Positions 6,515-15,947 of a DNA stretch of 64,000 bases are shown here, piece by piece. A model generated the notes under the pieces. The model made no database searches and was not told where the DNA came from. It saw nothing but the letters and a program-made list of their open reading frames with translations. The position numbers and the translations under genes were made by a program. The DNA is from Elusimicrobiota bacterium (GTDB lineage: Bacteria > Elusimicrobiota > Endomicrobiia > Endomicrobiales > Endomicrobiaceae), in the NCBI GenBank assembly GCA_031274365.1, contig JAISQF010000007.1, positions 8,081 through 72,080 of the forward strand. The letters are read 5' to 3'. The number at the start of each line of letters is the position of its first letter. Within the stretch, counting starts at the first letter, position 1.

Positions 6515-8383
6515 TTAACCGATATGCGCCGCCGAAGTTTTTGAGCGGATATATTTTCCGCCCCAGAAAAGCAAGGCAAATAAAATCCATCCAGCTGCGG
6601 AAAGAATATAACTGCTATGAATTGCAGTTATGATTACAATGGCATAAAGCAATTGTTCAAAAGTTGTAATTTTTTGTTCGGTATATCCTTGAATTATAAT
6701 AGCGGCAGAATAACAAATTGTAAAAGAAGAAAGCCAAGTGGATAGAGTCAAGAAATCAAATCCAAAATGAAGATAATCGGAATTCAAAACAAAAGTAAAA
6801 GGCAAAGCAAATCCGGCAATTCCTAATTTTACCGCCGTAAGTCCTATTTTCATAGCATTCTCGCCGGCTATACCGGCGGCGGCATAAGAAGCTACTGCCA
6901 CAGGCGGAGTGATGGCTGAAATTGATGCAAAATATAAAAGAAATAAATGAGCGGGTAAAGGCGCAATGCCAATTTTTACCAAAGCCGGCGCAATAGCTGT
7001 GGCGCAAATAATATATGCCGCCGTCGTCGGCAAACCCATACCTAAAATAATACAAATCAGCATAGCGAGTATCAAACTTAAAAGTATGCTGTTTCCGCCA
7101 AGCTGAACGATGAAATTAGAAAACTTAAGCCCTAATCCCGTGATTGCAAACATCGCTGTTACTATTCCGGAACACGCGCATGCGGCAACAACTTGAGGCA
7201 AAGTTCGTCCCGCCATTTGAAATCCTTGTAAAAATTTTGAAATCGACAGACGATTATCTTTAGCGATAATGCCGCAAACGGTTAAAGCCAAAAGAGAATA
7301 AATCACAGACATCATCGGAGTCATTTTCAATACTAATAAAGTAAAGAGTAAAACTCCAAGCGGAACTGAAAGTTTAAAACTTCTTTTTAATTCCGTTTTT
7401 AATTGAGGAATATCTTCCGGCGGCAACCCTTTCAAATTATATTTAACAGATTCTAAATCAACCATCTTAAAAAGCGTAACATAATACATCAAAGCCGGAA
7501 GCAAAGCCGCAAGACAAACTATCGCATAAGGAACACCAGCGATATCGCTAAGCACAAAAGCAGCGGCGCCCATTATCGGCGGCATAATCTGTCCGCCTGT
7601 GGAAGCCACTGATTCGACTGCGCCGGCAAAGCGCTTTGCATAACCCATTCTTTTCATCAACGGAATTGTAAAAGATCCGGTTGACATAACGTTTGCAACA
7701 ACGCTTCCAGAAATAGTCCCGAACATACAACTTGCTAAGACTGCCATTTTAGCCGGACCGCCGCGTTTTTTTCCGGTAAAAGCTATGGCAATATTTTGAA
7801 AAATTCTATCGGCTCCCAAAACATTTAGAAATGCCGCAAATAATAGAAATAAATAAATGTTTGACGCCGAGACTGCTATCGGCGTTCCGTAAACTCCTTG
7901 ATCGCTAAAAATTGTCAATACAACGCGCATAACGCTATATCCCCGATGACCAAGCAAGCCGGGCAAATCTCCGCCAAATAATGCATAAAACACAGTGGTG
8001 AGAGAAATCAGCGGCAAAATCCAACCAATTGCGCGGCGAGCCGCTTCTAAAACGAGCAGTGCAATAATAATTCCCATAATTTCATAGAAAAAATCAGGTC
8101 TGCTGTTTTGCATAATCACTATAAAATTATCATAATTTGCAATTACCGATATGCCCACTGAAAGAGAAAGAGCGATTAAAAACCAATCTAAAACGAGCCA
8201 TTTTTTTGAACCGTTTTGAGCGCTCGGCTTGTATAAAAAAACAAATGTCAAACCGAGCATAAGATGCCAAGCGTAAAAGCGGATGCTTTCCATCGGAAAA
8301 AATGTGAATTGTCCAATATGAATAAATCCTGTCCATACTCCGAGAAGTATTGCAAAATAATTTCGAAATCTATCGTAAGTCAT
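6515..8383 (-). CDS. TRAP transporter fused permease subunit (TAXI-associated type)
   Basis: 622-aa highly hydrophobic ORF directly downstream of a TAXI-family receptor gene. Confidence 0.85.
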   Translation of the reverse strand: MTYDRFRNYFAILLGVWTGFIHIGQFTFFPMESIRFYAWHLMLGLTFVFLYKPSAQNGSKKWLVLDWFLIALSLSVGISVIANYDNFIVIMQNSRPDFFYEIMGIIIALLVLEAARRAIGWILPLISLTTVFYALFGGDLPGLLGHRGYSVMRVVLTIFSDQGVYGTPIAVSASNIYLFLLFAAFLNVLGADRIFQNIAIAFTGKKRGGPAKMAVLASCMFGTISGSVVANVMSTGSFTIPLMKRMGYAKRFAGAVESVASTGGQIMPPIMGAAAFVLSDIAGVPYAIVCLAALLPALMYYVTLFKMVDLESVKYNLKGLPPEDIPQLKTELKRSFKLSVPLGVLLFTLLVLKMTPMMSVIYSLLALTVCGIIAKDNRLSISKFLQGFQMAGRTLPQVVAACACSGIVTAMFAITGLGLKFSNFIVQLGGNSILLSLILAMLICIILGMGLPTTAAYIICATAIAPALVKIGIAPLPAHLFLLYFASISAITPPVAVASYAAAGIAGENAMKIGLTAVKLGIAGFALPFTFVLNSDYLHFGFDFLTLSTWLSSFTICYSAAIIIQGYTEQKITTFEQLLYAIVIITAIHSSYILSAAGWILFALLFWGGKYIRSKTSAAHIG

Positions 8384-8408
8384 CCGCTTATCGCCTTATC
8401 ATTTTTCA

Positions 8409-9425
8409 CTAATCTTTATATTCCGGAGGTATTAAATGTTTTGGAACTTTAACACCAATCTCTTTCAAATAACGAACGGTCCCTGCATGCAAAGGAATAT
8501 TAAATTTAGACTCGTTTGCAGGCGTCATATATTTTGCGCTATTGTGAACGGCGACTAAATCAGCTTGATTTTCAAAAAGAGTTTTCGTTATCAAATAAGC
8601 CAAATCCTCGGGAATATCGGAACTGCCCACTAATAAATTCCACTCCGAAACTCCCGGAACATCTTTAGGAGTTCCTTTGTATGAACCCGCGGGTATAGCA
8701 TCTTTGCTATAAAAAGGATATTTTTTCACCAAATCGTTTTGTTCTTTTGAAGTAAGAGGAACAAAATAAAGTTCTTTTGAACTTTCAAGTTCGGCTATCG
8801 CTGGAAAAGGCGGATATGAGAATAATAATGCAGCGTCAATAACTCCATTATTGAGAGCGGTTGCGGTGGCGCCGTGTCCGTCATTGTGAATCTGAGCCGG
8901 AACAATTTTTTCATCGGCTAAAAATTGACGGAAAATTGAATTCATAGAAGCGCCCCTTGAACCAAGCCCAATGCGCTTGCCGTTAAAATCTTTCAAACTT
9001 TTTATGCCCGACGTTCTTAATGTGTAAATAGTAAGCCACGACGGATAAAGAGGAGCTATGCCTCTTAGTTTTGTATATTTTTTTCCGGCCGTCCATTCTC
9101 CCTCTCCGCGCACAGCTTCATAAAGAGACGAAGTCATCGCTATGCCTAATTCCGCATCTCCGTTTTCAATCATTGTAAGATTTGCAGTTCCTCCTCCAGT
9201 GGCTTCGGCTGTGAACAAGAAATACTTAGGCAAATGATTATTTAGTATTTGAGCTATTGCTCCGCCAAATACATAAAAATTTCCGCCTATTGAGCCTCCG
9301 GCGACAGAATACTTATAAACCGATTTTGGAATAGGAATCTCTTTGCTCGACGGAGCCGCCGTCACAAAAATTGCAAAAGACGCTATCATCAAAACACTTA
9401 ACATTGCTACAATCTTTTTTTTCAT
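8409..9425 (-). CDS. TRAP transporter solute receptor, TAXI family
   Basis: 338 aa with signal peptide; TAXI/TTT-like periplasmic binding protein sequence (..GGGTANL..). Confidence 0.85.
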   Translation of the reverse strand: MKKKIVAMLSVLMIASFAIFVTAAPSSKEIPIPKSVYKYSVAGGSIGGNFYVFGGAIAQILNNHLPKYFLFTAEATGGGTANLTMIENGDAELGIAMTSSLYEAVRGEGEWTAGKKYTKLRGIAPLYPSWLTIYTLRTSGIKSLKDFNGKRIGLGSRGASMNSIFRQFLADEKIVPAQIHNDGHGATATALNNGVIDAALLFSYPPFPAIAELESSKELYFVPLTSKEQNDLVKKYPFYSKDAIPAGSYKGTPKDVPGVSEWNLLVGSSDIPEDLAYLITKTLFENQADLVAVHNSAKYMTPANESKFNIPLHAGTVRYLKEIGVKVPKHLIPPEYKD

Positions 9426-9520
9426 TTTCTTCTCCTTTTTTATTTACCAACATTTTTACAAACTTCCATTTTCTATTTTGTTATTTTTTCTTACGCGCAT
9501 TTCGCGCGATAACATTTCTT

Positions 9521-9934
9521 CTAAATTGAAGCGGCGATAAGCGGCGGATGAATAAAAATATTCACGCCTCTAAAAGCCCGCCCTCTCAAAAATCCGCCGC
9601 CATAAATATGCGATCCCGCAACGGCGACACTTGCATGAATATGTATAAAATAATCTCCGTCAATCGGATAAATAGTTTTCATCGGAGGAGGAACTAAATG
9701 CGCGGGAATAATTTCTCCGCTAAAAGAAAGCAATTCTCCCGCCGACGGACAACTTACAAATTCAATTTTTGGAGGATATTCGTTTGATGCCGGAACTGCA
9801 AAACAAACGTCTTTTACAGAACCGATGGCGCCGCTAATATATCCGCCTTTCCAAGAATTTTTTAAGATAAATTTGCTTATTTTTTCTCTCAAATCTTCGT
9901 CTTTATAAACTTCAATTTGATAACCGCTATTCAT
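9521..9934 (-). CDS. PPC/DUF296 domain protein
   Basis: 137-aa ORF with DUF296 (PPC) style sequence; function unknown. Confidence 0.6.
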   Translation of the reverse strand: MNSGYQIEVYKDEDLREKISKFILKNSWKGGYISGAIGSVKDVCFAVPASNEYPPKIEFVSCPSAGELLSFSGEIIPAHLVPPPMKTIYPIDGDYFIHIHASVAVAGSHIYGGGFLRGRAFRGVNIFIHPPLIAASI

Positions 9935-9935
9935 T

Positions 9936-10847
9936 TCAAACCCCGTATTTTTTTACGATACCCGTATCATTGAGCAAATTTTTTAACGATTCTAAATGAC
10001 GCCCCGCATAATCGAGATACGGTTTTCTCAAATGTCCTCCGGGCAAACCTAAAATATTAAGAGCGGCTTTTATAACTATGGGATTAGAAAGACGATAAAG
10101 TTCTTTTAGCAAAGGAAGCCGCTTAAAATATTCTTTTTTACACTCGTCGATAATTTTCATATCCGTCCACGGACGAGAATAAATAGCCGCTTCCTCGGGA
10201 ATAATATTTCCGCCTATATTTGCAGTTCCGTTTCCACCTATGGCAAGAGTTGGAATTACTATCGAATATTTCGGAAAATCACAGCAAAGAATATTTAATT
10301 TATCCCCGCAAAGTCTTTTAACGTCAACCAATTGGCTGACATAAGGCATAGCCTCTTTATCGGCGACAAAATTGGGATGACGATTTACCAATTCAAAAAT
10401 TGTTTCGGGGTCCACATTGACTCCAAGACGCGAAGGATTATTGTATATTCCGCAGGCGGTATTTACAGACGACATACACGCGTCAAGATGAACTAATACG
10501 GCGTCCTGCGGAATAAGAACATACGGAGGAACTGTAAAAACAATTCCGTCGGCATTTTCAGATTCGCAAAAACGCGCAAGATCAACGGCGCCTTCCGTCG
10601 TCGGAGCGGCGCAGCCGAAGAAAACGGGAATACGTCCTTTGGTAATTTTGATAATGTTTTTGATAATTTCTTTTTTCTCTTCAATTGAGAGCAATGTCGT
10701 TTCTCCCGCGGAACCGAGAATAAATAATTCCGACGTCCCATATTGAATTTGTCTGTCAATCAAAAGCTTAAACGCTCCAAAATCAATTTTGTTGTCTTTT
10801 GAAAACGGGGTTGGCATTGCAACCCATGAACCTGTGGGTCTAAACAT
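9936..10847 (-). CDS. dihydrodipicolinate synthase/N-acetylneuraminate lyase family (class I aldolase) protein
   Basis: 303 aa; N-terminus ..WVAMPTPFSKDNKIDFGAFKLLIDRQI.. and GSAGE motif typical of the DapA family; substrate not inferable. Confidence 0.75.
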   Translation of the reverse strand: MFRPTGSWVAMPTPFSKDNKIDFGAFKLLIDRQIQYGTSELFILGSAGETTLLSIEEKKEIIKNIIKITKGRIPVFFGCAAPTTEGAVDLARFCESENADGIVFTVPPYVLIPQDAVLVHLDACMSSVNTACGIYNNPSRLGVNVDPETIFELVNRHPNFVADKEAMPYVSQLVDVKRLCGDKLNILCCDFPKYSIVIPTLAIGGNGTANIGGNIIPEEAAIYSRPWTDMKIIDECKKEYFKRLPLLKELYRLSNPIVIKAALNILGLPGGHLRKPYLDYAGRHLESLKNLLNDTGIVKKYGV

Positions 10848-10931
10848 AATAAATTTTCCTTTTTATTTTAATTTGTTATTAGAAAGCATTAGAGATTGCC
10901 GACAGCCAAGTCATTACCCCAATAACAATTC

Positions 10932-11618
10932 TTAAATTAAATGTCTTTTTTTCAAAATTCTTTTCGACCAAACCGCGCCGGTTATTTGTATAAATTCCAC
11001 TAAAACTAAAAGCGTTGAAACCGCGGCAATTAAAATATCCGAGCGAAAACGCTGATATCCGTAGCGCACGGCAATATCTCCAAGACCGCCGGCTCCAAAA
11101 GATCCGGCTATTGCCGTAACAGAAATTAGAGCGATAATCGTAACTGAAAAATTTCTTATCAAACTCGGCAATGCCTCGGGAACCATAACTTTCAAAATTA
11201 TATCCATATCTTTTGCGCCCATAGCTTTTACTGCTTCTATTTTTCCTTTTGAAACTTCTAAAAGACTTGTCTCGATAAGTCTTGCAAACATCGGAATACA
11301 AGTTACGGATAAAGCAATTATACAGGCCTTGGGACCGTAAGTAATACCAATAATAAGTTTTGAAATCGGCAGAGTTAAAATTATCACAATCATAGACGGC
11401 AAAGATAAAACGGCATTTGTAATTCCTCCAAAAAAAGCGTTAAAAGCGCGGCATGGACGAAGTCCGTCTTTATCCGTTACGACTAAAAGCAGACCGCATA
11501 TCAATCCAAATACGGCTGTAATCAAAGTGGCCGTCGCAGTCATATAAAGAGTGTCTAAAATTGAGGGCGCGACTATTTCCCATACCGGTTTGCTAAAAGC
11601 AAGAATAAAAGTTTCCAA
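10932..11618 (-). CDS. MetI-like ABC transporter permease (third paralog)
   Basis: 228-aa membrane ORF, paralogous to 2776-3456. Confidence 0.85.
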   Translation of the reverse strand: METFILAFSKPVWEIVAPSILDTLYMTATATLITAVFGLICGLLLVVTDKDGLRPCRAFNAFFGGITNAVLSLPSMIVIILTLPISKLIIGITYGPKACIIALSVTCIPMFARLIETSLLEVSKGKIEAVKAMGAKDMDIILKVMVPEALPSLIRNFSVTIIALISVTAIAGSFGAGGLGDIAVRYGYQRFRSDILIAAVSTLLVLVEFIQITGAVWSKRILKKRHLI

Positions 11619-11658
11619 TCAAATCTCCTTTCTTTAAGTTTTAATAAATAAAAAAACG

Positions 11659-12450
11659 CTAAATCCCCTCGCCTTTGTCAGCCCAGTCGTTACGTAAAAA
11701 ATTTTCATTTATATTTATAAATAGATTGGCCGTTTTGCTTTTCGGATTCAAAAAAATATCTCTAACTTTTCCTTTTTCCACAATCTTTCCTTCCTCAAGA
11801 ATAGCCACATTATTGCACGCATATTTAACAACATCCAATTCGTGAGTAATTAAAACTATAGTGAGCCCAAGTTTTTTATTTATATTTTTAAGCAAATCCA
11901 ATACCGCAAGAGACGAAACCGGATCCAAAGCGCTTGTCGCTTCGTCGCTTAATAAAACAAAAGGATTATTGACTAAAGCTCTCGCAATACCAACCCTTTG
12001 CTTTTGTCCGCCTGAAAGTTGTCCAGGATAAAAATCTTTTTTATCTACTATATCGACAAGTTCCAAAAGTTCAAGCACTCTTTCTTTAATTTCTTTTTTA
12101 CTCTTATTGACTATTTCTAAAGGAAAAGAAACATTCTTAAAAACAGTTCTGGAATCAAGCAAGTTAAATTGTTGAAAAATAATGCCTATTTTTTGTTTAT
12201 ATAAATTAAGTTCCGGCGGCGATAAATTTTCAATGTCATAATTGCCGACTCTTATAGATCCTCCGTCTATTTTTTCAAGACGATTGACGCATCTTATAAG
12301 AGTGCTTTTTCCAGCTCCGCTAAAACCTATAATCCCAAATATATCGCCTTCCTCAATAGATAAATCAATCCCTTTAAGAACGGGAAATTCTTTATCTTGC
12401 TGGCGAAAAGTTTTTATTACATTTTTAAATTCTATAAACGGAACAGACAT
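11659..12450 (-). CDS. MetN-like ABC ATPase lacking the C-terminal NIL domain
   Basis: 263 aa; GFSGAGKST, LSGGQKQR, LLSDE motifs; ends about 80 aa earlier than the 345-aa MetN. Confidence 0.85.
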   Translation of the reverse strand: MSVPFIEFKNVIKTFRQQDKEFPVLKGIDLSIEEGDIFGIIGFSGAGKSTLIRCVNRLEKIDGGSIRVGNYDIENLSPPELNLYKQKIGIIFQQFNLLDSRTVFKNVSFPLEIVNKSKKEIKERVLELLELVDIVDKKDFYPGQLSGGQKQRVGIARALVNNPFVLLSDEATSALDPVSSLAVLDLLKNINKKLGLTIVLITHELDVVKYACNNVAILEEGKIVEKGKVRDIFLNPKSKTANLFININENFLRNDWADKGEGI

Positions 12451-13641
12451 TTATAATCCAACCTTTTCCAAAGCCTGATCCAGATCTTTGATAATATCTT
12501 TGGCATCTTCTATGCCTACGCTAAATCTAAAAAAGCCGTTATGAAATTCCTCGGGATATAAATATTGTCTCTCGTCGTTAGCTCCGAGAAAAGCTATCAA
12601 GCTTGTATCATGCCCTAAAGAAACTGCGGAAGTTATAAGACGCAGTTTAGAAACAAATTCATTGTGTTTGTCTTTATTTCCTTTAATTCCAAAAGACAAC
12701 ACTCCTCCAAAACCCGGAGACATTTGACTAACAGCCGTTTTATATCCTCTATGATTTTTAAGTCCGGGATAAGAAACAAAACTTATATTTTTTCTGCTCT
12801 CTAAATATTGAGCGATTAGAATAGCATTTTCATTATGCTGCCGCATTCTTAAAGGAAATGTGGAGCTTCCCCGCATTATAAGCCAAGCATTAAAAGGACT
12901 TATGACGGCGCCTAAATTTATTTGCGCCTGTGCGCGTATGATGTCAAGATATTTTTTCTCGCCGCTGATGGATCCACCCATAGCGTCTCCGTGTCCGTTG
13001 ATATATTTTGTCAAACTCTCTATGGAAAAATCCGCGCCGAGCTCTATCGGTCTTTGATTAAACGGACTTGCCAAAGTATTGTCAACAGAAAGTAAAGCGC
13101 CGTTTTTATGAGCTATTTGCGCAATAGCTTTTATGTCTGAAATTGAAATAGTCGGATTTCCCGGAGTTTCAATATGTATGAGTTTTGTATTCGGACGAAC
13201 GGCGGCTTCAATGGCGGATAAATCCGTAGTGTCGGTTATGGAGGTTTCTATTTTAAATTTATTGTTAAAAAGTTCGTTTAATAGACGATAAACAGCTATA
13301 TAAGTAACGCTTGAAAAAATCACATGATCGCCGCTTTGCAGTAAAGAAAAAAACAAACCGGACAGCGCGCCGACTCCGCTTGCTAAAACAACGCAATCCT
13401 CCGCTCCCTCAAAGGAAGCTATTTTTTCTTGCAAATACTGCTGATTTGCGCCGCCGTTTCTTGTGTATAAATTTTTCCCCGCTGAACTCCAATTTATGTC
13501 CGTAGGATCATAAGGCAGTTCATAACTATTTGCCATCACAATAGGACGCTTAATTGCGAGGCTGTCTTTATCAACGTCATTTCCAGTGTGAACGGCTCTT
13601 GTATTAAAACCAAATTCTTTTCCATACTTTCTTTCTGGCAT
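12451..13641 (-). CDS. Cys/Met-metabolism PLP-dependent enzyme (methionine gamma-lyase / cystathionine gamma-synthase family)
   Basis: 396 aa; family-typical SLTKYINGHGD PLP-lysine region. Confidence 0.85.
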   Translation of the reverse strand: MPERKYGKEFGFNTRAVHTGNDVDKDSLAIKRPIVMANSYELPYDPTDINWSSAGKNLYTRNGGANQQYLQEKIASFEGAEDCVVLASGVGALSGLFFSLLQSGDHVIFSSVTYIAVYRLLNELFNNKFKIETSITDTTDLSAIEAAVRPNTKLIHIETPGNPTISISDIKAIAQIAHKNGALLSVDNTLASPFNQRPIELGADFSIESLTKYINGHGDAMGGSISGEKKYLDIIRAQAQINLGAVISPFNAWLIMRGSSTFPLRMRQHNENAILIAQYLESRKNISFVSYPGLKNHRGYKTAVSQMSPGFGGVLSFGIKGNKDKHNEFVSKLRLITSAVSLGHDTSLIAFLGANDERQYLYPEEFHNGFFRFSVGIEDAKDIIKDLDQALEKVGL

Positions 13642-13803
13642 AAAATATCCTTTTTATTATTTCTTAAATATTGATAATGTTAATTTTCTCGCCGCTTATT
13701 TAATCGATAAGCAAAGAATTTCAACCGCCTTATAAAAATATAAAATTCTCACTTGTTTTTATAAAACAAATTTCTCAAGATAAAATAAGCGGCAAATAAA
13801 ATA

Positions 13804-15096
13804 TTATTTTATCGCTTCAAAAGCATTTGTAAGATCGGCTATTATATCGTCGATATGTTCCGTTCCTATCGATAAACGAATAGTCGAGGGTTTAATACTC
13901 GACGCAAGCAATTCTTCTTTACTCAATTGAGAATGCGTCGTCGAAGCGGGATGTATAACCAAAGATTTAACATCCGCGACATTTGCAAGCAAAGAAAATA
14001 ATTTCAAATTATCGATAAATCTTTTCGCCTTAACGTCATCGCCTTTTATTTCAAAAGTAAAAATAACGCCGCCGCCGTATTTTGAAAAATATCTCTTGTA
14101 AAGAGCGTGATCGCGGTGATCTTTAAGCGACGGATGATTTACTTTTTCAACTTGAGGATGATTTGATAAAAACTCAACGACTTTCAAAGTGTTAAAAACA
14201 TGCCTTTCCACGCGCAATGATAAAGTTTCAAGTCCTTGCAAGAGCAAGAAAGCGTTAAAAGGACTAAGAGCCGCGCCCGTATCTCTCAAAAGAGTGGTGC
14301 GGGCTTTAATTATATAAGCAAGATTTCCAACAGCTTCCGTAAACACAATTCCATGATAACTTGGATTAGGTTTTGAAAGACCCGGAAATTTATCGTTTTG
14401 AGCCCAATCAAAATTTCCGCTGTCAATAATTAATCCTCCGATTGTAGTCCCGTGTCCTCCGATAAATTTTGTCGCCGAATGAACGACAATATCGGCGCCG
14501 TATTCAATCGGACGAAGAAGAAAAGGCGTGGCAAAAGTATTGTCAACTATCAAAGGAATACCGTGTTTATGAGCTATATTGGAAACGGCTTCCAAATCTA
14601 TAATCGTGGAATTTGGATTTCCCAAAGTTTCAAGAAAAATGGCTTTTGTATTTGCTTGAATTGCTTTTTCAAAATTTTGCGGATTATCTCCGTCAACAAA
14701 AGTGGCGGTTATACCGGAATCTTCAATAGTATGCGCAAGATAATTATAAGTGCCCCCGTAAATTGCATTATCCGACACTATATGATCTCCGGAGCGAGCG
14801 ATATTTTGTATGGCATAAGCGGTAGCCGCCGCGCCCGAAGCAGTCGCAAGAGCGGCCACTCCTTTTTCTAAAGCGGCAATTCTTTTCTCAAGAACATCCC
14901 AAGTGGGATTCATAATACGCGTATAAATATTTCCAGTTTCCGTAAGAGCAAATCTGCCCGCAGCCTGAGCGGCATCCTTAAAAACATAAGAACTGGTTTG
15001 ATAAATCGGAACTGCTCTCGCATCCGTAGCCGGATCCGGTTTTTCCTGTCCGACATGAATTTGTAAAGTTTCAAACTTGTAATTTGTATTACTCAT
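13804..15096 (-). CDS. metY: O-acetylhomoserine (thiol)-lyase module with its own SD and ATG
   Basis: MSNTNYKFETLQIHVGQEKPDPATDARAVPIYQTSSYVF.., 430 aa; AAAGGAG 8 nt upstream of ATG 15096-15094; SATKFIGGHG PLP-lysine motif. Confidence 0.85.
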   Translation of the reverse strand: MSNTNYKFETLQIHVGQEKPDPATDARAVPIYQTSSYVFKDAAQAAGRFALTETGNIYTRIMNPTWDVLEKRIAALEKGVAALATASGAAATAYAIQNIARSGDHIVSDNAIYGGTYNYLAHTIEDSGITATFVDGDNPQNFEKAIQANTKAIFLETLGNPNSTIIDLEAVSNIAHKHGIPLIVDNTFATPFLLRPIEYGADIVVHSATKFIGGHGTTIGGLIIDSGNFDWAQNDKFPGLSKPNPSYHGIVFTEAVGNLAYIIKARTTLLRDTGAALSPFNAFLLLQGLETLSLRVERHVFNTLKVVEFLSNHPQVEKVNHPSLKDHRDHALYKRYFSKYGGGVIFTFEIKGDDVKAKRFIDNLKLFSLLANVADVKSLVIHPASTTHSQLSKEELLASSIKPSTIRLSIGTEHIDDIIADLTNAFEAIK

Positions 15097-15891
15097 TATA
15101 AATCTCCTTTTTGCTATTCTAAAATTATCGGCGTCTTTTGCAGAGCCGTATTCCTGACAATGTTTTATTCCATCATTAGATACTGATTTATTTCCATAAA
15201 TTTGTCTATCATGCCCCGAAGGGCACATCATAATGCAAACTCCGCAAGGATAACGATGTTCCTCTTTCAAAAATTTATGATATGCGGCGCATCTGTATTG
15301 ATCCATATCGCCGATTAAAGAATTTGGATTTTCGGAAAAAGCGCTTATCGGACAATTTTTTTTGCAAAGACCGCACTTTGTGCAAAGCTCTGTAGTCAAA
15401 GGTTTATCGGCATCTATTTGAGCATTTGTAATTACGGAAACAAATCTAACGCGCGGTCCGTATTGAGGCGTAAGTAAAGTATGATTAAAACCTATAGTCC
15501 CAAGTCCCGCATATTTAGCGGCAAAAACTTGAGAAAAAGCGGCTTTAGGTTTTCTAATCAAATCTGATATTTCGCCATAACCGTCGCGCGGTAAAAAAAT
15601 AGCTTTATATCCTTTGACATTTAGAAAATTAGCAATTTTATAAGCCATCTCGTCTAATATTCTATTAGTAGTGTTATAAAGCTCGGAATAAATAACAGAA
15701 GGAGTAGTTTCAATAATCGGGAGGAAAATTGGAATGCCTAAAACTATGACAGTTTTGCTCCAATCCCAGATATTTTGAGGATAAAATTGAGATTGCATTT
15801 CTTGATATTCTTGCCAGCGGCAAATATCTGCAAAACCTATAAGGTTAGCCCCATAATCCTTAGCTTTACTTTGTATCTCAGCTTTTAACAT
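13804..15891 (-). CDS. uninterrupted 695-aa ORF: QueG/reductive-dehalogenase-like 2x[4Fe-4S] domain fused in frame to MetY
   Basis: No stop between the N-terminal Fe-S module (CTKCGLCKKNCP, CGVCIMMCP) and the MetY module; see finding. Confidence 0.55.
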   Translation of the reverse strand: MLKAEIQSKAKDYGANLIGFADICRWQEYQEMQSQFYPQNIWDWSKTVIVLGIPIFLPIIETTPSVIYSELYNTTNRILDEMAYKIANFLNVKGYKAIFLPRDGYGEISDLIRKPKAAFSQVFAAKYAGLGTIGFNHTLLTPQYGPRVRFVSVITNAQIDADKPLTTELCTKCGLCKKNCPISAFSENPNSLIGDMDQYRCAAYHKFLKEEHRYPCGVCIMMCPSGHDRQIYGNKSVSNDGIKHCQEYGSAKDADNFRIAKRRFIMSNTNYKFETLQIHVGQEKPDPATDARAVPIYQTSSYVFKDAAQAAGRFALTETGNIYTRIMNPTWDVLEKRIAALEKGVAALATASGAAATAYAIQNIARSGDHIVSDNAIYGGTYNYLAHTIEDSGITATFVDGDNPQNFEKAIQANTKAIFLETLGNPNSTIIDLEAVSNIAHKHGIPLIVDNTFATPFLLRPIEYGADIVVHSATKFIGGHGTTIGGLIIDSGNFDWAQNDKFPGLSKPNPSYHGIVFTEAVGNLAYIIKARTTLLRDTGAALSPFNAFLLLQGLETLSLRVERHVFNTLKVVEFLSNHPQVEKVNHPSLKDHRDHALYKRYFSKYGGGVIFTFEIKGDDVKAKRFIDNLKLFSLLANVADVKSLVIHPASTTHSQLSKEELLASSIKPSTIRLSIGTEHIDDIIADLTNAFEAIK

Positions 15892-15947
15892 CTAAAAATA
15901 TTCCCTTTGATAAAATTCTAATCAAATCTATCCAAGCCTATTCATAT

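Noticed and set aside
5757-6633. Track ORFs 5757-5948(-), 5780-5977(+) and 6283-6633(+) inside the composite element
   Set aside because: None has an SD. Their sequences are Cys/Arg/Gly-rich translations of G+C-rich palindromic DNA. They are not conserved as reading frames in the paralogous copies (indels shift the frames). The last one runs into the TRAP permease gene on the opposite strand.
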